From NCBI GenBank assembly GCA_030390025.1, contig CM059430.1, positions 3,782,001-3,846,000 on the forward strand: 64,000 nucleotides of DNA, read 5' to 3'. The notes below the pieces were generated by a model. That model worked only from the letters and a program-made list of their open reading frames with translations. It was not told where the DNA came from and did not search any database. Shown in pieces: positions 48,478 to 63,170 of the stretch; position 1 is the first letter of the stretch, and each line of letters opens with the position of its first letter. The translations under genes were made by a program, and so were the position numbers. Source of the DNA: Squalus acanthias (taxonomy: Eukaryota).

Positions 48478-48573
48478 ATTGAAGGATCAGCCATGATCTC
48501 ATTAAATGGCGGAGCAGGCTCGAAGGGCCGGATGGCCTACTCCTGCTCCTATCTTCTATGTATGTATCTATGT
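45564..48573 (+). mobile_element. Young 5'-truncated CR1 LINE (shark HER1-like)
   Basis: Near-complete ORF2. 3' UTR gatcagccatgatc..ggagcaggctcgaagggccggatggcctactcctgctcc followed by a (tatg)n tail. No ORF1. Confidence 0.95.
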
Positions 48574-51500
48574 TCCAGAGGCTGATGACCTTCTGCAAAA
48601 AGAAAAACTTTCCTGACATCTAACCTCGTTCTATGCTTGTGTAACTTGTACACACATCCCTGGTTCTCTTTAACCTATCTAATTCAAATAGTCTATCCAC
48701 ATAGATAGAGTCGAGTCCCTTCATTATTTTAAATACCTCAAACAAATCTCCCCAAAATCTGTTTTTCTAGAGTTAAAAGCCCCAGTTCTCTAAGCCTATT
48801 GTGATAACTAAGGCCTTTTAAACTAAGTATCATTTTAGTGGCCTTCCTCTAAACCTTTTCCAGGACCTCTCTATCACCCACCATAAACCCAGAGAAGTAG
48901 CACAGTTATACCCTCAAGAATGTACCAACCAATCCCTCCCAAATACACATTAATGTTGGTTGGTACTAAATTACTGGTAGTTTTTATGCTATGGTGTTGT
49001 GTTGACTAAGGACTGCATAATATTACTCCTTTCAGGAGAGCCAGCACAATGATGGAAGCAGAGGTAAATCAATTGTGTATTGGGTGCATCATTTGGTAAT
49101 GCAGTGACTTAATCTGCTGGAATGTCAATATCTGATTGGGTTCACATGAGGTAGATGCTTCTCAAAGTATGCTGAAAGGGGTGTTGCTTTAGTTCAATCA
49201 ATATTAGCAGTAAATTCTTCCACATGCTTTAAGAGACTCCAGTATCAACCCATTTAGGGTCCCTCACATGAATCTTAAGTGGCCTGACTGTTTGAAGGAC
49301 AACAGTGTTGATTTTGATGACTTCATATGTTTCTAAAATTTGTGACACCATAATTTTGTCTCAATACTGAAAACTAATATTTGACTTAAACTCTATTTAT
49401 AATCTCAGCCCCATCTCCATAATGCTATCTTTCCTTCATTCACTTTAAAATCGCTGGACTATCAAACTGGGAATTATCAGCATAGTCCATGCAGGTGGGT
49501 AAATTGGTTTTGTTGTTGCTAAAATTGGATACTTCAAAAGTATGATGATGGCAAGTGAGAGTAAAATGACAATTGGGATGAGTGACCCGCAACTCTTTAT
49601 ATTCGGAGCTCAATGTACCACTTCTAGAACTGAGACTTTCTTGTTAACTGTTGCTAAATGTAGCCTCCTCGAGCTACCAAATATATATCTTTAATATAAA
49701 GCAACAGATCATTTTCATTCATATTTGCTGCCATGATATTCAGTTACAACTAGTTTGGATTGATAAGTAGTATGCTGCAATGCTCAACTGATGTAGTTAA
49801 AACTCTATAGAACAAATGCTGCATTTAAATAGATAATTGTTTATCTTTATCCATTATAATTTTGGTATCTTACTGTCCGCACACAACCCTCAACAGTATT
49901 CCAGCAATATCAAGTATGACACCGACTGTGACCAAAATTCCTTTCCAATGGTTGCCTAGCAACGCTCCGCCCAATTCCTTCATTCGAGGAGAGCCAGACT
50001 TTCTTTTCTCCTCCCTGCACACACCTTCGCCCCCTCCTCTTAATTATACAATTTGAAAAACCTAAACTAGCTACCCAACTCAGAGGCCCTCATCAAACAT
50101 GGAAAATCAATCTGTTTCAGTAGACAACCCTTCTCTTTGTTGGATATTGTAAACTGTAATGTTACGTGATGGAACACAAAAAAAATCTTTGAATAAAAAT
50201 GTAACTTTCCAGCAAAGTCAAACCTTCTGAGAAGAGGTGGTTGGTTCTGTTTGCATTCTGACTGAGTACTAGGAAAACATTTTTACAGACTGATCAGTAA
50301 GAAACAGTAGCTAACTTTAGCATGTTGAGTCTTGTTGGATAATTTGTAGTGACACAGTCTCTCTAACTACACTGCAATTGGAGTAAGCATATTTACTATA
50401 ATAAGTATTTAAAAACACTTTTTCTTGACCTCCTTCAAAACTGTGATTAAAAGCAGCCAACGGCCATCTATTGGCAATTAAATCTACTTGACATTACATA
50501 GAGTCACAACATGCCCGATTTCAGACTGGACAGTGTGGTGTTTAAGCGGGTTGACTGGAAGTTTCTAAAGTGTAAATCTAAACTAAAGGTGCAAGTTTAA
50601 AAATAGAAATCTATTTTTTTCCCTTTGCTTCTCTCTCTCATGATGTGGAGGCATTAGTTATGAAAGTTGTCAATTAACTTTTACCTCCAATAAAGCAATC
50701 AACAAGACTCATGCCCTGATCCCACTCCATCTCTGTCTGTGTTTGGGTTTAGACTTGACAAAAGGTGGCAACAATTATTTGTGGAACGATTCCTGGTCAT
50801 TTTTGTTATCTTTACAGAATGCATCACCTGTGAAAGTTAATGATGTAAGGACTCACTGATAGAAAGAAAGACCTTTTGATTTAAAATGTCTTTTTTTTAC
50901 TCTGCTGTGTTATGTCAATGTGTGGTCTTGTGTACTCAGGTGCTTCACTCAATACTTCAGTTTCTGACAAGACTCAAAAACAGTTTTCAAAAACAGGAGG
51001 TTAATAAGAGAACAAGTCCCCGTCAAGCAGCTGAGTCTAATTCAACTGACACTGATGAGAATCAATGTTCCTTCCAATGCATTACTTGGCAGAAACAGGA
51101 TTTTGTCCCCAAACCCAGCCAGTGAAAATGATGCCCTTCAAACATTAGTGAGAGGTGAAAATAAAGAGAGACCAAATTCCAGTTTATTCTCTTTCATAGA
51201 GCAAATGGATTCTGTGCACTTTATACATTAATCAATCAATAACATGGACAGTGCATCAGGAACAAGGCAAAGTTATGAATGACCTTTTAAACAAAAGGAC
51301 GCTCTAATGCTCATAAGACTGCTCATAGCTTGGCAACTTTCTGGCTTTTATTCACATGATTAACCCTCGGAGGCATAGAGACCTTGTTGCTGTAGTAAAT
51401 AATATGACAAGCTTAGCAGTTATTTGTGCTATTTGAAAACTATCAATAAGGAGCATTCCATAGGAACTATTCTAATTGTGGTTTTTTTTAATTATTAAGG

Positions 51501-52919
51501 TATTATCGCAGGTTTATGAAACCACCGCCATGCCAGTTAAGAGTAGAACTAGTACAATTTGCTCAGTTTCTGAATCATGTGAGTGAGGCGTAACCCTGTT
51601 ACAAAACTCAAACCTTCTTCCCAGCATTTCACTGACCCTATGCCATGGCTTCCACTGACATTTAACCCCAATCCCCTCAGCGGTGAGATTAGTAAATCAG
51701 GATAAAGACTGTGCACAGACCTTACACTCCATTAAACACAGGTCAGCCAGATTTACTGCGCTTCTATCTTGACGTAGCTTACTTCATCCCTGGACCACTG
51801 TCCTGAAACAGCTGCCTGTGATAACTGTCCTCAGCTCCCATCTGAGTTGATATCTAATTCATAATCAATCTGGGGAACATCACAATCTCAACTCTACCCT
51901 AGGCTGAGACTGGTAAAACATATCACTCATGGGACCATTAACAGCCATGGATGACAGGTACCCTCCAAACTTTACAGGTAATTTGCACTATGAAAAGTCA
52001 TGCCAACATCTGGCCATTTAGGGGCACTGGTCTCAAAATTTTCATTTTATTGACTTAAGTAAAAATAGACAGTTTTTCACAAAATTGCACCTTTTGCTCA
52101 TTTGCATGAAGATGTTGCATTGTTTGTGCAGAGATGATGACTATATTGCAGAACATAAGAGTATACCAGAGGAAATAAAATCAATAATATCAGAGGCTAA
52201 TATAGAATATAGCGTAAAAAAATCATTTAACTGCAGAGATGTCATCAGCTAAGTGAATAACATAATTAAAACAGTATAGAATATAGTGCAAAAAACCTTT
52301 TAATAGATCTGAGTTTTCTTAAAAGCCCTTAAGCAAAGAGATTGGAAATGGTGCAAATACATGACCCTGGGAGATTGATGCAAATCACTGTCCTCAGTCA
52401 CATGAAAGCTAATGAAAGTGGGCCACTGTAATGAGATTCAAAGCCTCTCATATTATCCTTATGAAGGCAGACAAAAAAATGTGTAGAGCTATTACAGGAA
52501 TATTTGAAAATATCTCCTTCCTCGAGAACAATTGGTGGACTTTCACTAAGAGTCATGACATTCAGTGTCCTTCACCTCTGGTGAGCCAGGTACAAAATCA
52601 GCATTGGGAAAACTGAAGGAAAATGTCAAAAGATGCAAGGGTAAATTCAGCAAGTCTCCTCTTCTGGCATGGAGCCTCACTAGACAGGATCATTGACTGG
52701 AGATAAGGCTATAATACTAAGGCCCAATACTCCAATTGCTGCTTCCGTCTAGCAAGGCTCCACACCAGAAGTACAGCCTCGCTGAATTTACTCAATTTTG
52801 TTCCTTTGTGGCTATGGTTGCTCGTGGATCCATATGTCTTTATTGGAAAATACAACCAAAACAAACTCCCAACCTATTTGAATGAATATTAATTCAAAAA
52901 AGATTGGGTGGTACGTAGG

Positions 52920-53240
52920 GTTAGTCTGGGATCTCGGCTCAAATCCAGCCCAAACAGATGGAATGAAAGTGTTCGATGTGAAATGAGTTTGGGAAATCTC
53001 TATCTAATTCCTTGTGCACTAATTTATGATCTCACTTAGAAAGGCCACAGGATGGCTGGTGTGGGATAATGGAAAATTGTCACATTGGTGCATTAGGGCT
53101 TATTCTTCTAAGGCTGGGCTGAGGCTTTTGTCGGAGCAGAGTGGAAGAACCTTTACTCGGTGTCCAACCTGGGAGTTCTTGACGCGCACACTGGATACTG
53201 ATATGGAAAACATTCCTTTCCTCAGCACTATTGTCCCTCA
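52920..53240 (+). mobile_element. LF-SINE-like SINE, degenerate
   Basis: ggctcaaatccagccc..atgaaagt..tgtgaaatgagttt..atctcacttagaaaggcca..tggtgtggga parallels 5520-5930. Confidence 0.55.
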
Positions 53241-53352
53241 GCGTGATGAAAACAAAATTTGCATGCAAATCAAAAAATCTCAAGTTAAATGATTCTCAGC
53301 AATGTGTTGCTAAATTGATTACAGCTTTCAAATAGATACTGAATAATTTACT

Positions 53353-54800
53353 AAACAAAAAGTTGCATTTATATAGTGCCTTTAATATAAAATGACTCAA
53401 GGCATATTACAGAGGGAGAGGAATAGATAAAAGAAATGGACGCTGCACCATGAGGCAAAGATTAGGAGGGATGACTGAAAGCTTGGTCCGAAAGATTGGT
53501 TCTGATAAGATTTTTAAAGGTGAAGGGAGAAGTAGCGAAGTAGAGAGGTAGAGGTCTGTAGGGAGGCAGTTAAGGTGGTTGAAGGTTCTGGGCCTGCTGA
53601 TGATGTTAAAAGGTAGCATGTAGATGGGGAAGATGAGGGGACCCATGGACTTCAAAGGTGATGGTGCAAAGGTAGGAAGAGAAGCCTTTGCTGGAGATGT
53701 GTTGCTGCATTCAAATAGGTAGGAGTGGAAGCATATAAGCGCAGTTACAAAAGCTGGCCAATACAGGAAAAGCAATAGAGGGTGGCATGGCCAAGTGCAT
53801 CAAACACTGTCGAGAGATCGAGGTGGAATAATGCACAATGGTCATAGTCAAGGAGGATATCAATCTTGACTTTAGCCAGGGCAGTCGGAACTGCAAGAAA
53901 TGCAGAAACCATACTGAAAAAAGAAAGACTTGCATTTCTATAGCACCTTTCACGACCACCGGACGTCTCAAAGCGCTTTGCAGCCAATGAAGTACTTTTG
54001 AAGTGGAGTCACTGTTGTAATGTAGGAAACGCGGCAGCCAATTTGCGCACAGCAAGGTCCCACAAACAGCAATGTGATAATGACCAAATAATCTGTTTTT
54101 GTTATGTTGATTGAGGGATAAATATTGGCCAGGACACCGGGGATAACTCCCCTGCTCTTCTTCAAAATAGTGCCATGGGATCTTTTACGTCCATCTGAGA
54201 GAGCAGACGGGGCCTCAGTTTAACGTTTCATCCGAAAGACGGCACCTCCAACAGTGCAGCACTCCCTCAGCACTGCACTGGAGTGTCAGCCTTGCTTTAT
54301 CTGCTCAAGTCCCTGGAGTGGGACTTGAACCCACAACCTTCTGACTCAGAAGCGAGTGTGCTACCCACTGAGCCACAGCTGACACTGACTAGGGGGATTT
54401 GTACAGTGAGTTCTGGGAGAGACAGGCACAGAGCTAGGATTCAAACACATTCGAGGATGTTGGAAAGGAAAGGGAGGATTTAGAGATATGGCGGTCGTTG
54501 GAGAAGACAAATGAGCTGAGTGGGTTTTTGAAGGGAGAGGGACAGTGCCTGAGGAGAGGGAGCTAATATCAGCCAGCATGGGAGCCGGATAACTGAGTGG
54601 TGAGGTAGTTAAATGGGGAGGACATCAAGAGAGCAAGGGGTGGATCTCATTGAAGAGAAGAGCAAAGAGAGGAGGAAATGGGAGAGAAATGCAGTGGTAA
54701 TGGATTGGGGATAAAATGGATTCGAGACTGAGTTGGGGGGAAAGGAGTTGGAGGAGGATCCAGCAGAGACAGCTGCATGGATAGTCTCAAACCGTAGAGC
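53353..54800 (-). mobile_element. Old L2 LINE fragments interrupted by a SINE
   Basis: L2 tail agttgcatttatatagtgcctttaa. Purine-rich body. Minus-strand peptides ALAKVKIDILLDYD..LDLSTVFD and MRSTPCSLD resemble the 60290 L2. Confidence 0.7.
53925..54383 (-). mobile_element. Deu-domain SINE (SacSINE1-like), near full length and relatively young
   Basis: Minus-strand head gtcagctgtggctcagtgggtagc..ggttcaagtccc (Pol III A/B boxes). CpGs are retained. L2-like 3' tail ends gcaagtctttcttt. Confidence 0.88.
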
Positions 54801-55529
54801 CAAAGATGTACTATCTAAAAAGAATAGATGGGAAGAGGAAAATGGAATTAGTTTAGAGATAAAGCAGAAAAATAGGACTATGTAAAATCAAGCTCCTGAG
54901 ATGGATTCAGTGCGGTTAAGAACGCCAAATGCCCTCCTTCTGTCCTTAATTTCTATGTAACTGCAACTATGATCATCAAACTCTAGAAAAATGGGGAATG
55001 AAAAGATGAATGGGGACCCATCTATTATTTATGTGCTGTTTAACCAAATGTTCCTATGTTCTACCAACCAAATAAAAAAACCTGTTTTTAATGTTATCCA
55101 GCATTCTGCATATATAATCAGTTATGGCTGGAACACAGCTAAAGGGTGTTGTTTTTCTTCAGTGACATATAGCTACATATTTGAAGTTGCAATTTAAAAA
55201 AAAAACCATGAAAACAAATTATTATTTATTCAACACATGGATTAAGTACTTGATTTCTCTCAGTGGTAGTCTTGTGTTTCCAACACTAGACAATCCCACG
55301 TTTCATCTCAGCTTTGATGCTCCAGGCAGTGGGAATGTCAATGGGAATACACAGGAGGCAGGAGGTTGGGGTAAGTTTCCAAATAAATGGAGGATGCCCA
55401 GCATTGTTGTCATACGAAGCACTAAGAGTGTCCAAAAAACAATTCTGGGGGTGGGGGGGAGAAAGAGACAAAAGTGAAACTGGAAATGTCTAGCCCATTT
55501 TTTAAAAAGAGATTATGAGAGGTTGGAAC

Positions 55530-58500
55530 CAAATTATAATTATGCATACCTTTCTGCTGCCATTGTAATGACATTTCATGAGTCACCCAAATTGCACAAT
55601 GGGTGACCATCGTGCCATTACTGTTTAATCTTTTATTTCAAAAATCTAAACTGTGAGGAGCAACTTTTTTTTAAAAGACAAAGAATCAAATTGTATTTGC
55701 ATTACATTACTATTTGCTTGCATCTAAGTGACTAAAATACATCCGTCTAAGGTAACCGATATAATAGTGATGATATTATTTAGCAAACCCACAGCTATAG
55801 CTGTTTAGAGGTGTTGCGGGGGGGGGCGGGGGGGGGTAAGAGAGAGCGATTGCTCAATACTATAAAAGCACCTCGCATTTTAAATCTTATTTTCCTGAAC
55901 AAAATGCCTGGCAATAATTTTCTTTTACTCAAATCAACGACTAAATACACAAGCGCACCATGATATTTCTCATCTCTTAGCTTTTAGTTATGCAGCCTTC
56001 TGCTAGTTATTTCTGCAACCCTGCTGCTCATAACAAAACAGCCGCTGCAGTATCACAACTTTGCACAATTGTTATGACTTAATAGGATTTATTAAAAAAA
56101 AATATAGGAAAGGGCTTTCGACAAATCAGGGCTTGAGACAATAGAAAGGGGCAGAGATTGGTGAAGCGAGTGCAGATAGACAGCATTTTCCTCCTGGCTG
56201 ACTTAGGAAGTGAAGTGTGAAGACTGAGTGGAACGGACAGGCTCTGCACTGTGATAACTGAAAGGGAAGAATCAGGTTAAGAGCAGAAATTAATGCTATT
56301 ATGTGCTCACAATGGAAACTGCCAAATGACTGTGACCAAGAGGAAGAAAAAGAAAACAAGATGGCGTTTCTTGTCCATTAAGAACGGGCTCTAACTGTGT
56401 TTTTTTTTAACAAATGCAACTACCAACATGTTTATGGCAGCAAAAGAATTTTTGTGGTTTGGCTGGAAGATAATTCTGATTCGGTTTTGGGACCAAGCCC
56501 CAAAACTATGGACATCTGCAATGAGTCTCAGATCCGCTGAACGAGTAGTTTGATTTATACAAAATAGAATACTTTTAGCTAAAAAATCTTGTAACATGCT
56601 GTGATTGCAACTGAGAAAATAAATTCTATTTCACAATGTCTTTTTCTTTTTAAAAAAAACAATTTGTCCGACTAATATCGGTGGTTACTGAAAAACTTCA
56701 AAAAATATATTGTTCAGAGGTACGGCTTATCGTGCTGCCACAGCGTCAAATGCTATTTCTGGAGTGGGGTGAGGGATTTTTAAGTTGGTCCCGAGGAAGG
56801 GCACCTAGCAGAAATGAACCAAATACTCTGCTGAAACTATTTGCCAGTCCCGGCAACAAAGGGCCAATTTGAATATCTGAATAGTTTACTGGTGGTATTC
56901 AGCCATTCTAACACCTGAACTGAGCTGGAACACCAGTACACAGGGGGAAAGAAGACATTTGACCTCACAGTGCAAGCTGGACACAATGCTAACCATAAAT
57001 TGGGTTCCTTGTACCCTCACTGCTGCGGCTCACTGAGGTCAAGAGTCCAGCAGAAGAAAACAAAAAATAAGCTTTCCACCACCCAGCGCACTGCAAAAAT
57101 CTGCTTTTTGTTTACGCTCATTGTCACATCAGCTCTTAAACCAAAATAAAAAATCAGAAACAGATGTGAACCACTGCTGTCACACCCATTAATAAAGATA
57201 CAAAGATACAACTATAAACCATGATCACATGTAACAGCGCACATCAGAAAATAGGACACTGGACCACGTCAAGCCATACCATTGAAAAACAGGCACTGCA
57301 TATCTGCCAACTCTACAGAGCTTCAACTACCATTAAAACACACAAAACTGCTGAGCTACAGTATTGCAAAATTAAAAGATTATTTTTTCCAAAAGCCAAA
57401 TATTTCATTCAACTGCATGGAGTATCAACACATACAGGCAATATGTGTGGTATTTAGCAAGCTTTGATAAAATGTAATTAAACTGGCAATATCCTCTGTT
57501 ACCATGATTAAATCCCGCAATTACGTTTTTGAAACCCCTTTGAATATGAAAAGGCCTTTCCAGGTTTCAAAATGTACGCCCTTCTATCACAGAAAAGCTG
57601 TAAAAACACATAGCTGTGAGACCTGGCTGGTGAACATCAATTGGTATTAGATAAATACATGGAGTCCGCAAACATTTCTTAATTAGTAAAATTTGTTTAT
57701 GCATTTTTAAAAAGAAAACACAAATCTGGTTGTCTTTTTCTTAGCATTAGTGCAGAAAAAAATACTGCAGTCCTCAAAAGGTTAATGCGGCACTGGTGGA
57801 ATTCAGCAACATGCCTGAAAATAAAGTAGCGTTGAGACAGCTTCCTTTATTATTCTGGAATTATCAGTTACATTGCATCAGGGTTTTTTTTTTATTGTGT
57901 AGTGGGTGTGAGATTACTTGATTAAAGATTCATGGAATCATATTTTTCGTTGTTGCTAGGCTGCCTTATCAGTCAGCTACTTATTTATTTATTGCAAAAT
58001 CAGGGTCAGTGGTGGCTGATGAGAAAAAAAAGGAAATTTGTGCATCACCTGACCTCACTGGTGCCATAAGTTATAGCTGGAGGTGCATTAACTGCTCTCT
58101 GCTTTCAGAAATCAAAAAAATAAATTAGGAAAAAAAAACACCCCAGAAAATGCCGTGCACCGATAACCGGTGCAGCTGCAGCCGATTTCAATGGAATTAT
58201 ATATATGTTTATATATAAAAAGTACATTTATAAAATGGGGGGGGGGAGAAGTAAAAAATAAACATACCATTCAAAAAATGGCAAGCATGTATAACCATGT
58301 CTCAAATACCCACAGGCAGCCTTTATTGTACTGTAAAATGAAGGAAATATAAAAGCGACCCAGCACAGCTTACTCCCATCATTTCTGAAAGGTCACCGGG
58401 AGACAGCAGCGACCTTGAGCTTGCACCTTTGCCTGATTAGTGACTCAGTGGAGTGTGCCAATCTCTGGGGTCAGATAGAGAGAAATGAAAAATGGCCTGA

Positions 58501-59050
58501 TATAACCTTATTTTTATTCTGAGGCTTCATCACACAGCTGCTAAGAAGCTGGGATGTACATTCAGTTAGATATTGTGTGCTCCTTCAGGATGGTTTGTCA
58601 AGATTCTTGGTAGGCGTGCATATTCAAATAATGCAATATGATTACACAGACCAAAAAATTATGCCACCTCCTGACTTTAATCAATAACTGCAGGGACCCA
58701 AATATTATCTGCACGGTGTCCTCGGTATTATCCCAACCGTCAGGAACATTTCTGCTGCAAGTGCAAGAAAGAAAGGAAGCTGATTCAAAGCGTTAAAAAA
58801 GAAAAGAAAAATGGGCCACCGTTTACTTTGTAGTGCGCCTTTCTGATTTTTTTCATTTATTTCGAAAGAATTTATTTTCAAAAAACGTTCAGTGGTTGAA
58901 AATAAACTACTTATTCACTGCAACATGCATGGAATGAAATTCAATCGTGAAAGGTGCCTCTTTTCCTTTAGATTGCATAAACAGGATTGAAAAATATTGA
59001 GAAGCCAATTTACAGAATATTAGAACATACTACATTTACAAAATATTATC
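55530..59050. promoter_or_regulatory. Transposon-free block, candidate cluster of conserved non-coding elements
   Basis: About 3.5 kb with no recognisable repeats and many TAAT/ATTA, ACAAT and TGAC motifs, typical of introns of developmental transcription-factor genes. Unverified. Confidence 0.3.
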
Positions 59051-60290
59051 TGCATCACTACCCTTCCTAGTAAAGAGGTTTAAAATCCCTAATGGCCACT
59101 AAGTATCACATTGCTCTTAAAGGGACCTCTTTTTATTAGCCCTATAATTTATCTTACAATGCAATGGTAAACTGCCATTATACATTATTCTACAGTTAGG
59201 AATTATCATGCATGAGATGTGCACATCAGTCACTTGATGTACCATTTGCCAATCAGGAGCAAATGTGAGGAGCATTTTGGTGAATCTGCAATTTTTAAAA
59301 TCCTGATGTTGCCACCGACCTTTGCAATCTTCCTCGTGACTTACAGTTTTGCCAATCTGGCTTTGGAATTGATGGCAAATCCTGAAACCACCAATTCTTT
59401 GATCAACTCTGGGTGCAATTCATATCTGCAGGTCAACTTAAGACACAGCCCGAGGAGGTAATTGTTGGAGTCAATCAAGACAGTTCAGACCCTGAGGCAA
59501 TTGAAAGGGTATAGGACTGCGAAAGACCACTCTATCAACTCGGTCACTGTCAGACAGACCCCACCCGCTTTACCTCAACATGAATGGTAAATTGTCGTGG
59601 ATTTGCACTTCCCACATCAGAATAACAACAATTTTGTCAGGGCTCAGTACATGGGGCTTCCTTTATTTCTCTCTCACAGTCTTTTAAATTCTTTGATTAT
59701 CTCTTCAGGTCCTAAATCTCATGCCTCAGAAAGATGCACCATTCCCCCCCACCACGGTTTAAGATTCGATGTAGCTTCCTCAATTGCTTCGATTGGTATT
59801 AAAGACATTTTAGGTTATCCTTTCCTTTCTTGAAATCCCCTTCTCTTTGTCTCATTTCCATAAAGGCCTTATTGTTTAGAAAGACTTTCTCCTTATCAAT
59901 TGAGGGCCCTCAATCAATCAGTGGGATTAGGAATCTTCACACTTCCAGTTGGCACCTACTACTGATCGAAAGCATCATTGTTCTGCAGCTGATTTCTTCC
60001 TCATCTCCTGTCTCACCTCCTTCATGCTTGATGTCACTTCTGCCTGCGCTGAGCTGCCTATCAGTTCAGTCCTTCTAAGAGGAGCTGAGTTTGGGATCCG
60101 ATTGGGACCAGAGTTCTATTTTATGTATCTGAACTACCTTACTACAGTTGATGCTTTATCCTTCTTGTTATATTGTAATGAAATTCTCTATCACAAAGCC
60201 TCTTTCTCACACTTTATGTACACTTCTGTCAGATTGTAATGTTTTCCAATAGTTTAATTTGTGGTAGATATAAAGTCTGTATAAAGTTGT

Positions 60291-63170
60291 CACTTGCGAA
60301 CAAGGCCCTTGCCATCCATGAGCTTATCGTGGATGACCGCATCGACATCATGGCTCGGACAGAAACTTGGCTGACGGATGATCACACCTTACCCTTAAAT
60401 TAAGCCTCTCCACCTGGCTATACCTTCCACCACTTGCCCCGCTCAGACCGCCATGGTGGCGGTGTGGCTCTCATCACCAAATCACACCTTGGTCTGTCCC
60501 CCTACTCCTCCGACACTATCTCCTCCTTTGAGCATCTCACCTTGTTCCACCCCTCTCACCTCTCATTTAAAATTGTCATTCTCTACCACCCACCCAAGTA
60601 CGATAAAAATTTTATCACTGAGATATCCTCACTGCTTTCCTCCCTCAGCCTCTGCACCGAACAACTTCTCATCCTCGGTGATTTCAACCTCCATCTCAAT
60701 TCATCATGCTCTCTCTCCTCTGAGTTCACTACCTTCCTATCCTCCCTTACTCTCTCCCTCCATGTAAACTCCCCAACCCATATACACGGCCAGCCTCTTG
60801 ACCTTGACATCTCTCGTGGCCTCGCTACTCCCACCGTGTCAATCGAAGATAAAGCCATCTCTGACCACTTCCTCGTATCGCTCTCCACCCACGTCCCCCT
60901 TCCACCCCACCCCCAACCCTACTTCCTTCTGTGTCCGCCCTGGAAAAAACTCTCTCCCAACTCTCTCACAGCTGCACTTACGAAATCCCAACTGTCCAGC
61001 CTTTGGCCCTCCATTCACCATGACATTTCTGCAGTTACTGATCTGCTCAACCACACCCTCACCACCACCTTTGATGCCCTAGTCCCTATTAAAACCATTA
61101 CAATCTCTCACCCTGGCCATTCCCCCTGGTACGGCCCACATCTTCACTCGCACAAGTCCAAGGGGCGCAGACTTGAACAGATATGGCGGACAACTGGTTT
61201 AGCCATTCACCGCCAGATGTGGCTGGAACACATAAAGCATTATCAGGTCCTGCTCTCGTCTGCCAAAACTGCTCACTATTCCAGGATCATTCTGGAATGC
61301 AAAGATAACCCCCAGCTACTATTTTTTACTGCTAACTGTCTTCTTAAACCCCTCTCTCCTGCCTCCTCCACCCTCACCTCCAACAACAAGTGCGAGGAAC
61401 TCATGGACTTCTTTGTCTCGAAGTTTGAGACCATCCGATCAGCTGCCTCTGCCACTTCCCTTCCTTCCCCTCGCCCACCAGGCCAAACTTCCTCTAAGGT
61501 TCCCCCTGCCCTAGCCCTGAACTCACATCTTTCTCCAGTTTCTCTCCAATCTCCCCTCTTGACCTCTCCACGCTCATCCTGTCCATGAGACCCACTTCCT
61601 GCTCCCTCGACCCTATTCCCACTGAACTGCTGACCACCCAACTTCCTTTTCTGGCTCCCATGTTAGCGGTTCTCTCTCCTCAGGTACTGTCCCCCTCTCC
61701 TTCAAATCTGCCATCATCACCCCTCTCCTCAAAAAACCAACCCTTGACCCCTCCGTCCTTGCAAACTACCGCCCCATCTCCAACCTCCCTTTCCTCTCCA
61801 AAGTCCTTGAACGTGTTGTCGCCTCCCAAATCCGTGCCCATCTTTCCTGCAACTCCATGTTTGAATCCCTCCAATCCTGTTTCCACCCTTGCCATGGTAC
61901 CGAAACGGCTCTCATCAAAGTCACAAATTACATCCTTTGTGACTGTGACAAAAGTAAACTATCTCTCCTCGTTCTTCTTGACCTGTTTGCAGCCTTTGAC
62001 ATGGTTGACCACTGCATCCTCCTCCAACAACTCACCACCATCGTCCAGCTGGGTGGGACTGCACTCGCCTGGTTCCATTCTTATCTATCGAATCGTAACC
62101 AGAAAATCACCTGCAATGGCTTCTCTTCCCACTCCCACATCATTACCTCTGGTGTCCCCCAAGGATCTTTCCTTGGCCACCTCCTATTTCTCATCTACAT
62201 GCTTCCCCTTGGCGACATCATCTGAAAACACAGCGTCAGTTTCCACATGTATGCCGACGACACCCAGCTCTACCTCACGACCACCTCTCTCGACCCCTCC
62301 ACGGTCTCTAAATTGACACACTGCTTGTCCGACATCCAATACTGGATGAGCAGAAATTTGCTCCAATTAAATATTGGGAAGACCGAAGCCACTGTCTTCG
62401 GGCCCTGCCACCGACTCCATCCCTCTCCCTAGCCACTGTCTGAGGCTGAACCAGACCATTCACAACCTAGATGTCATATTTGACCCTGAAATGAGCTTCC
62501 GACCACATATCCGCAGCATAACTAAGACCACCTATTTCCACCTCCGTAACATTGGCCACCTCTGCCCCTGCCTCAGCTCATTTGCTGCTGAAACCCTCAT
62601 CCATGCCTTTGTTACCTCTAGACTTGACTATTCCAACACACTCCTGGCTGGCCTCCCACATTCTACCCAACGTAAACTTGAGGTCATCCAAAGCTCAGCT
62701 GTCCTAACTCGTACCAAGTCCCGTTCACCCATCACCCCTGCGCTCGCTGACCTACATTGGCTCCCGGTTAAGCAACGCCTTGATTTCAAAATTCTCATCC
62801 TTGTTTTCAAATTCCTCCATGGCCTCGCCCCTCCCTATCTCTGTAATCTCCGTCAGCCCCACAACCCCCCCCCGAGGTATCTGCGCTCCTCAAATTCTGC
62901 CCTCTTGAGCATCCCTGATTATAATCGCTCAACCATCGGTGGCCGTGCATTCAGCTGCCAAGGCCCTAAGCTCTGGAACTCCCTCCCTAAACCTCTCCAC
63001 CTCTCTACCTCTCTTTCCTCTTTTAAGGCGCTCCTTGAAACCTCCCTCTTTCACCTGCCCTAATTTCTTATGCGGCTCGGTGTCAATTTTTTTGTCTGCT
63101 AACACTCCTGTGAAGCGCCTTGGGACATTTTACTATGTTAAAGGTGCTATATAAGTACAAGTTGTTGTTG
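60291..63170 (+). mobile_element. L2-clade LINE, 5'-truncated, ORF2 (endonuclease plus RT) disrupted by several stops and frameshifts
   Basis: ETW, GGGVA, LGDFN, ISDH (endonuclease); LLDL.AAFD.VDH, GVPQGS.LG, YADDTQLY (RT); LHWLPVKQR. C-rich strand with a (gtt)n tail. Confidence 0.95.

Larger units (their letters stand above)
45345..48885 (-). mobile_element. Old CR1 (L3-like) 3' fragment split by the young CR1 (pieces 45345-45563 and 48572-48885)
   Basis: Minus strand reads ..RVISLWN on one side of the insertion and [15 protein letters not shown] on the other, matching the CR1 ORF2 C-terminus [25 protein letters not shown]. Confidence 0.7.

Noticed and set aside
50458-50478. CTCF-like motif (minus: tgccaatagatggccg)
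   Set aside because: Partial match only, expected by chance in 64 kb.
54300-54383. tRNA gene
   Set aside because: The A/B boxes belong to a SINE head that continues into the SINE body. No complete cloverleaf.
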